Positions 58,565 to 64,000 of a stretch of DNA of 64,000 nt are shown here, in pieces; positions within the stretch are counted from its first letter, which is position 1, and each line of letters opens with the position of its first letter. The DNA comes from Acidimicrobiia bacterium (GTDB taxonomy: Bacteria; Actinomycetota; Acidimicrobiia; Spongiisociales; ZC4RG35), in NCBI GenBank assembly GCA_965215185.1, contig OZ244034.1:2432001-2496000 (forward strand). The letters are read 5' to 3'. Position numbers and translations under genes: made by a program. The notes under the pieces are model-generated. The model ran no database searches and was not told the DNA's origin. It was given only the letters and a program-made list of their open reading frames with translations.

Positions 58565-58744
58565 CACACAAACACATCTTCGAGGGAACCGCCGGGTCGC
58601 GGCGGGCGGGATCGCTGTTCCTGACGGCTCTTTTGGTGGTGAGTCCGGTGTGCCGGGTGCGCTGAGGAGGGATGGAGTCGAGCGGGTACCCTTCATCCCG
58701 GAAACCCAGCTTCCGGATCAGTTGGTCAGAGAGGAGATTCGCTC

Positions 58745-59662
58745 ATGCGCATTGTTGCAACTATTGGCTCGGAGGCTCTGGGCGTCGCCCGCGCTCCCAG
58801 CGATGTGTTGACAGATGCTGTGGCCGCTGAGAAAGCCGGGTTCGCGGCGGCTTGGTGCAACCATTTCAGCAGGAACATGGATTCCCTGGTCATGCTGGCG
58901 GCCGCCGCGCGAGCCACCTCCCGGATCGAATTGGGAGTTGGGGTGATACCAACCTATCCGCGGCATCCGGTAGCCATGGCGCAATCGGCGGCAACGGTAC
59001 AGGAGTTGGCCTCGGGCCGGTTGGTCTTGGGGGTGGGAGTGTCCCATCGCGTGGTCATTGAAGGTATGCACGGCCTGGACTACTCAAGCCAACTCGGACA
59101 TCTCCGGGAATACCTGACCGTGCTGGGCGCCCTGCTCGCGGAAGGCCAGTGTTCCTTCCAGGGGGAGCATTATCGGGTCCGGGCAGCCATCCAGGTTCCT
59201 GGCACCAGCCCTGTTCCGGTAATAGTGGGCGCGGTTGGTCCCGCCATGTGCCGGTTGGGGGGAGAGTTGGCCGACGGGGTGAACACCTGGATGGCCGGTC
59301 CCAAATACATCGAGGACGTGGTTGCTCCGATGGCTGCTGAGGGCGCCGGGGTCTCGGGCCGGTCCTCGCCACGAATAGTGGCCGGAATCCCCGTGTCTCT
59401 CGACTCTGATCGGGATCGGGCTCTGCAGGTCGCCGCCTCCACTTTCGCCATGTATGGCATGTTGCCCAACTATCGACGCATGCTGGATCGTGCGGGAGTG
59501 GACGGTCCCGCTGATGTAGTGATCGCCGGAGACGAGAAAACGGTGCGGTCGGGACTGCAAGCCTTTCTCGATGCGGGCGCCACTGATGTCTGGGCGGTTC
59601 CGTTCGATACGGGGAACGGCACGGCCCCAACTCTGGAGTTGCTGGCGGATTTGGCCGATTAG
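58745..59662 (+). CDS. LLM class F420-dependent oxidoreductase
   Basis: IELGVGVIPTYPRHP, GRLVLGVGVSH, GELADG, YGMLPNYRRMLD. Confidence 0.88.
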   Translation: MRIVATIGSEALGVARAPSDVLTDAVAAEKAGFAAAWCNHFSRNMDSLVMLAAAARATSRIELGVGVIPTYPRHPVAMAQSAATVQELASGRLVLGVGVSHRVVIEGMHGLDYSSQLGHLREYLTVLGALLAEGQCSFQGEHYRVRAAIQVPGTSPVPVIVGAVGPAMCRLGGELADGVNTWMAGPKYIEDVVAPMAAEGAGVSGRSSPRIVAGIPVSLDSDRDRALQVAASTFAMYGMLPNYRRMLDRAGVDGPADVVIAGDEKTVRSGLQAFLDAGATDVWAVPFDTGNGTAPTLELLADLAD

Positions 59663-59666
59663 AACC

Positions 59667-59915
59667 TCAGGGGGTCGGGAAAGAGACCGTCCCTAACAGG
59701 CCCGTTTGTTCCTGCCACTCGACCGGATTTAACTGCCGTTCCCTGACCAGCGGTTGTAGGGTTTCAAAGCGTAGGCTGGCGCGCAGGGCCTCCAACGCCA
59801 GCACCCGATTCGGGTCGATGTTGCCCAGACTCACGTTGGGTCCGAACCGTTGGATGAATGTGACCTGCTGGCTCTTGTCGGGCGCCTCCCACACCAACCG
59901 GTCCACAGCTTCCCC
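59667..59915 (-). pseudogene. comA: 3' remnant of phosphosulfolactate synthase (ComA/XcbB-like)
   Basis: GEAVDRLVWEAPDKSQQVTFIQRFGPNVSLGNIDPNRVLALEALRASLRFETL matches the ComA C-terminal EAP.K.QQ..FI..FG.NV.LGN...LE.LR..LR motif; roughly the first two thirds is missing. Confidence 0.8.
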
Positions 59916-60298
59916 GGAAGGCGGAGTGGGTGGCTATGCCCCAAGCATGCGCCATGACCCTGGCGGCCACCGGTTTCGCCACAGTCTTGCTGGAAGGACT
60001 GGTGGTTGACCGTGAGCGAATGAGAGAGAACATCGACGCTCGCCGAGGTTTCGTCTTTGCCGAGCCGGTGATGCGGGCGCTGGCCGACCAGATCGGAAAA
60101 CACACGGCGCATGACGTCGTCTACGAGGCTTCGATGAAGGGAGTGGAGTCGGGCATGGGATTCGTTGATGCGCTCCTGGCCGACGAACGGGTGACCCGGC
60201 ACCTGGATCGCGATGAGATAGAGAGCCTGTTTGACCTGGAGAAGGTGCTGGGAGCGGCGCCGGATCTGGTGGACCGAGTGCTGGAGGCCGGTGCTTGA
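59915..60298 (+). pseudogene. 3' remnant of an adenylosuccinate lyase/PcaB-like gene (XcbD-like)
   Basis: KAEWVAMP..LEGLVVDRERMRENI..AEPVM..GKHTAHDVVY (ADSL_C); the catalytic N-terminal part is absent. Confidence 0.8.
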
Positions 60299-61239
60299 CC
60301 GCCCGGGTGTCCGTCGCCACCCTTCCCACCCCACTGGTGGCGGCGCCCCGGCTCTCTGAGGCCCTGGGACTGGAGGTCTGGCTCAAGCGGGATGATCTGA
60401 CCGGCTTGGGCTTAGGGGGCAACAAAGCTCGACCCCTCGATTACCTGCTGGGGGACGCCCTGGCCGAAGGCGCTGACTATTTCGTGACGGGCGGCGGGCC
60501 GGGCTCCAACTGGGTGCTCATGGCGGCTTTAGCCGCTCTGGGCAGGGGTCTGGGGGTGGAGGTGGTGCTGTTCGGCACTGATGATGCTCCCGCCGTCGGT
60601 TGCCTGCGTCTCCTGAAGCAGCTGCCGGGCGTGGGAATCACATTCACGGGTTCTCCGGAGCGGTCCTCGGTCGACACTCTGCTGGAGTCGGTTTCTTCCC
60701 GACTGCGAGAGCGCGGGCGCCGACCCTATGTGGTTGGCCGGGGAGGGGCCGAACCTGTCGGCGCCTTGGGATACGTAGATGCCGTCGACGAGATGGGCCC
60801 ACAACTGGCGGACAAGGGGATAGCTGCGGGTACCGTCTGGTTGGCCACGGGGTCATGCGGGACCCAGGCTGGCTTGGTTGCCGGGTACCGCAGGCCGGGA
60901 CGGAGCGGAACCCGAATTGTCGGGGTTTCCGTTCACCGGCCGCTGGAGGAGTGCCGTCAGCGGATAACCGCTATCTCTGACGCCGCCCTCGATCTCTTGG
61001 AGGTGGAGATCAGACCGGAGGTGGAGTGGGAGGTTTTGGATGGGCTCAGCCCCGATCCGGTGAGAGTCAGAGAAGCTGCCCGGCTGATGATGACAACCGA
61101 GGGGATCTTCCTGGATCCCGAGTTCGGCGCTCCCGCTTTTGCCGCTCTGGCGAACGGGGCCGACCAGGTTACTGAACCGGTGGTGTTTCTGGTCACCGGA
61201 GGGGCGCCAGGGCTGTTCGCCGGGAGCCCTCTAACATGA
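60295..61239 (+). CDS. D-cysteine desulfhydrase/ACC deaminase family PLP enzyme (XcbE-like)
   Basis: PTPL, KRDDLTGLGLGGNKAR, SNW, GALGY, GSCGTQAGL, EGIFLDP, TGG. Confidence 0.85.
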   Translation: MTARVSVATLPTPLVAAPRLSEALGLEVWLKRDDLTGLGLGGNKARPLDYLLGDALAEGADYFVTGGGPGSNWVLMAALAALGRGLGVEVVLFGTDDAPAVGCLRLLKQLPGVGITFTGSPERSSVDTLLESVSSRLRERGRRPYVVGRGGAEPVGALGYVDAVDEMGPQLADKGIAAGTVWLATGSCGTQAGLVAGYRRPGRSGTRIVGVSVHRPLEECRQRITAISDAALDLLEVEIRPEVEWEVLDGLSPDPVRVREAARLMMTTEGIFLDPEFGAPAFAALANGADQVTEPVVFLVTGGAPGLFAGSPLT

Positions 61240-62741
61240 CGAACCCGCCCGAAGGCTATCTGGGATCCGAAGGGCGCCTGGCAGCCGGCCCATCGCCCCG
61301 GTTGGTAGAGGCAGGGTATGCCCTGGAGTTGGCCGACGCTTCGTTCTTGCACAGCGGACTCTGTCTGGCCGACTTGGCCCACATTCTGGAACTGGATGAG
61401 ATCGGAGTGCTCCCCGAAGGCGCCGCCGCCGCTCTATGCCGGGAGTTGCTCGATTTCATGTCGACCCCGGTAGAAGAATTTCCCTACGACCCCGTCTACG
61501 GGGATGCCTACAACAGCCGCGAGCGGGAACTCGAGAAGCGCTTGGGGAGAATCGCCGGGTGGTTGCCCACCGGTCGCACCCGCAGAGAGGCGGGCCGGAT
61601 CGCATTGAGGCTGGCATTGCGGGAGAGGCTGCTGCAACTGCACGAGGCGGTGGCCGGGCTGGCTTCGACCCTGGCGAGCCGGGGAGCAGAGTTGGCGGAA
61701 GCCGCTTGGAACGACACCACGTACCTTCAGCCCGCCCAGCCTTCCAGCTTCGGCTATTACCTGGCCGGGTTCGCAGAGCAGGCCACCCGTGATCTGGAAC
61801 GCATCCGGTTGTGCCACCGGTGGGTGAATCGGTCGCCGGCCGGCTCCGGCGGGGTGGGGGGAACGACCATTCCTCTTGACCGGGAACGCTTGGCAACCCA
61901 ACTGGGGTTCGACGAACCCACCGCCCACATTCGGGACGGCATGTGGTCGGCGGACTCTCTGGTGGATGCCGCGGTGGCCTCGACACAGGCGGTGCTCACC
62001 ATTGATCGGCTGGCCGAAGACCTGGAGATCTTCACCAGCCCCCAGTTCGGCTACGTGCGGCTCGCCGGCGCAACATCACGGGCTTCGGTGCTGTTGCCGC
62101 AGAAGCGCAACCCCTACTCGTTGTCGGTTATTCGGGGAGGCGCCGGGACCCTTATCGGTAGGGCGGCGGGTCTGATGGCCACCCAGAGAACTCCGTCGGC
62201 TCGGACCGATAACTGGCTGTACGCCTATGGGGAGGTGATCGCAGCAGTGGAGATGGCCACAAGGCTGGTCAGGCTAGGAGAAGAGGTTGTGGGCGCCATG
62301 GAAGTTGACGTGGCGACCTTGGAGGGCTCAGCCGGGGCCCATTTCTCGCTGGCGACCGATCTGGCCGAGCGGATGGTGCTCCACCAGGGCCTGGACTACC
62401 GGAGTGCTTATCGCGTCGTGGGCCGGGCGGTGGCGGAAGCTGAGGCAGAAGGGCGACGTTGGCCTGCCGCGGGTGACCTTGCCCGGGCGGCACAGGAACT
62501 GGGCATCGACGCTGAAATGGGGGATCTGGATGGAGGGGCGGACGCGGAAGGGAGCCCCTCGGAGTTGTTGAACCTGAGGAAGGGAACCGGTTCCTGTTCA
62601 CCCGCCCGGGTGTTGGACCATTGCCGGTCCGTACAGAATGCGGTTGCCCGCGCCCGGCAGTGGTCGACCGGCGCTACCGAAAGGGCCCAGGCTGCGGTCT
62701 GCGGGCTCCTGAAGGCCGCGTCTACAATCGCTGAGCATTAG
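61236..62741 (+). CDS. Argininosuccinate lyase-like protein with divergent active site (XcbC-like)
   Basis: TGRTRRE, TTYLQPAQP (Tyr in place of the canonical His), signature ASVLLPQKRNP, ATDLAE..YRSAYRVVG. Confidence 0.85.
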   Translation: MTNPPEGYLGSEGRLAAGPSPRLVEAGYALELADASFLHSGLCLADLAHILELDEIGVLPEGAAAALCRELLDFMSTPVEEFPYDPVYGDAYNSRERELEKRLGRIAGWLPTGRTRREAGRIALRLALRERLLQLHEAVAGLASTLASRGAELAEAAWNDTTYLQPAQPSSFGYYLAGFAEQATRDLERIRLCHRWVNRSPAGSGGVGGTTIPLDRERLATQLGFDEPTAHIRDGMWSADSLVDAAVASTQAVLTIDRLAEDLEIFTSPQFGYVRLAGATSRASVLLPQKRNPYSLSVIRGGAGTLIGRAAGLMATQRTPSARTDNWLYAYGEVIAAVEMATRLVRLGEEVVGAMEVDVATLEGSAGAHFSLATDLAERMVLHQGLDYRSAYRVVGRAVAEAEAEGRRWPAAGDLARAAQELGIDAEMGDLDGGADAEGSPSELLNLRKGTGSCSPARVLDHCRSVQNAVARARQWSTGATERAQAAVCGLLKAASTIAEH

Positions 62742-62743
62742 AC

Positions 62744-62932
62744 ATGCCAGTGCTGCAGATCAGATGTCCCGATTGTGATCACCAGTATCGCTCCCTGGTG
62801 CCGCCGGGGGCCAGAACACCGAAGGTATGGGTCTGCTCCAAGTGCGGGGGGCGTGACGGCCAGCCTGTGGGCGAGATCACCGATTCCGATCACCCTTGGT
62901 CGGATCAGACCATGGATGCCTGCTGCGGCTAG
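62744..62932 (+). CDS. Small Zn-ribbon protein (FmdB-like) with C-terminal CCG
   Basis: MP..RCPDC...CSKCG...DACCG; starts 2 nt after the upstream stop. Confidence 0.7.
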   Translation: MPVLQIRCPDCDHQYRSLVPPGARTPKVWVCSKCGGRDGQPVGEITDSDHPWSDQTMDACCG

Positions 62933-63463
62933 TCACCTCCGCAACAGTTGATAGACCCGTGCCTCTGCCGGACACCGGCGGCCAACGCAGGTGAAGTGCC
63001 CGATCTGCCCGGCTCGCTGTACGTAAGGTCTTCACGCTCGCCACTCTTGATCGACTCGTTCAGGCCACCCGCCCTCCGCGACTTCACTTCCTCCTGACCG
63101 TCCTCAAGCCCATGTGCTCACTCGTAAGGTGCCTGTGGGAGGTGGGGCATCCCGTGTGTCGCAATGTCGCCGCCGGAGTATCACCACCAGGAAAACCCGA
63201 GCGGTTCAGACAGATATTATCCAAATATCTGTCATTGGCGGTTGCCGAAGGGCTTTTCTACCTTGGGGCGGGATAAGTAGAACTCAACTGTTTCGGTTAT
63301 GACGGAGGTATTCCTAGGTACCTTCTGTGATTCGGGAGCCCAGGTTGTCGTGGTGGAACCCTGCGACTGTGATCATGTTTTGAGCGGTGTCGCGGGGGTC
63401 TAGGTAGTAGATGAGCATGTTGCGCGGCAGAGTTCCTTTGTCAGACGTTGGAGTCGGATAACG

Positions 63464-63649
63464 CGGATTTCCGCTGTTATGAAGTGGTGTATAGCGCAGG
63501 GGTTCCGAGAGGACAATCCTGCTGACGGCCGTATCACCGCCGCGTTGGGTTCTAACACCCAACCACCCCATCATATGAAGGCCCTGCACTACAATCTGGT
63601 CGGTGCTGCTGTTCGGGCGGTAGAAGCAACCGATGCTCATTGGGCAACG
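63464..63649 (+). pseudogene. Internal fragment of a P4-like tyrosine integrase
   Basis: RISAVMKWCIAQGFREDNPADGRITAALG..HHMKAL..VGAAVRAVEATDAHWAT; breaks off before the catalytic R..E motif. Confidence 0.65.
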
Positions 63650-64000
63650 AATCGGAGTGTTGCCCCACGCTCGCCAGGTAGCAAACCCATTTCACGTGAG
63701 CAGATTGGCGAACCAGCGGCTCGATCAGGTCCGCCGCCGTGTCCAAAACGAAACATTGGGACACCGTGGACGAAAAACGATCCTTTGTATCGGAACCCCC
63801 GGCTACTGATTATCCGCCACCGTGGGTCTGTGATGCGGTCTGGGTTTGTTCGAGGTCCGGTCTCCGTGGGCACCGCTGTGCCGAGGGTTAGCTTTTGCGT
63901 TTCTCCTGAGAATCGAGTTGGCGATCCGGGGTCGCCTGGAAGCGTTTCGGACAATACTGAGGATTCTTGATTGTTGATGAGGTAAAGAGTATGAGCGGGC

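Noticed and set aside
61236-62741. Housekeeping argH
   Set aside because: The catalytic His is replaced by Tyr, the signature loop is divergent, and the context is comA/xcb-like rather than arg genes.

Overview
High-GC actinobacterial chromosome segment. WhiB, CrgA, PAC2, a mycothiol-dependent dehydrogenase, an F420 LLM and Thr-rich lipoprotein linkers point to Actinomycetota, probably Acidimicrobiia (inferred). Most of it is housekeeping or metabolic: selAB, argS, fbaA, trpG/pabA, gdh, glcDEF, icmF, Mo-hydroxylase maturation genes, a peptide ABC transporter and tRNA-Pro/Phe/Asp. Two loci stand out. (1) 18222-19627 is a TnpB-only element bounded by perfect 23-bp terminal inverted repeats and a 7/8-identical 8-bp direct repeat. 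This is IS1595-like DDE end architecture rather than IS200/IS605, and a structured omegaRNA-like region runs into the right TIR. (2) 59667-62932 resembles a bacterial coenzyme M (xcb-type) biosynthesis cluster in which one deletion has fused the 3' remnants of divergent comA and adenylosuccinate-lyase-like genes. Other observations: a perfect 12x18-bp repeat in an M23 peptidase, two paralogous gene-tail remnants, four +1 frameshifts, an integrase remnant and many apparently leaderless starts. All calls come from reading motifs by eye; no database searches were run.
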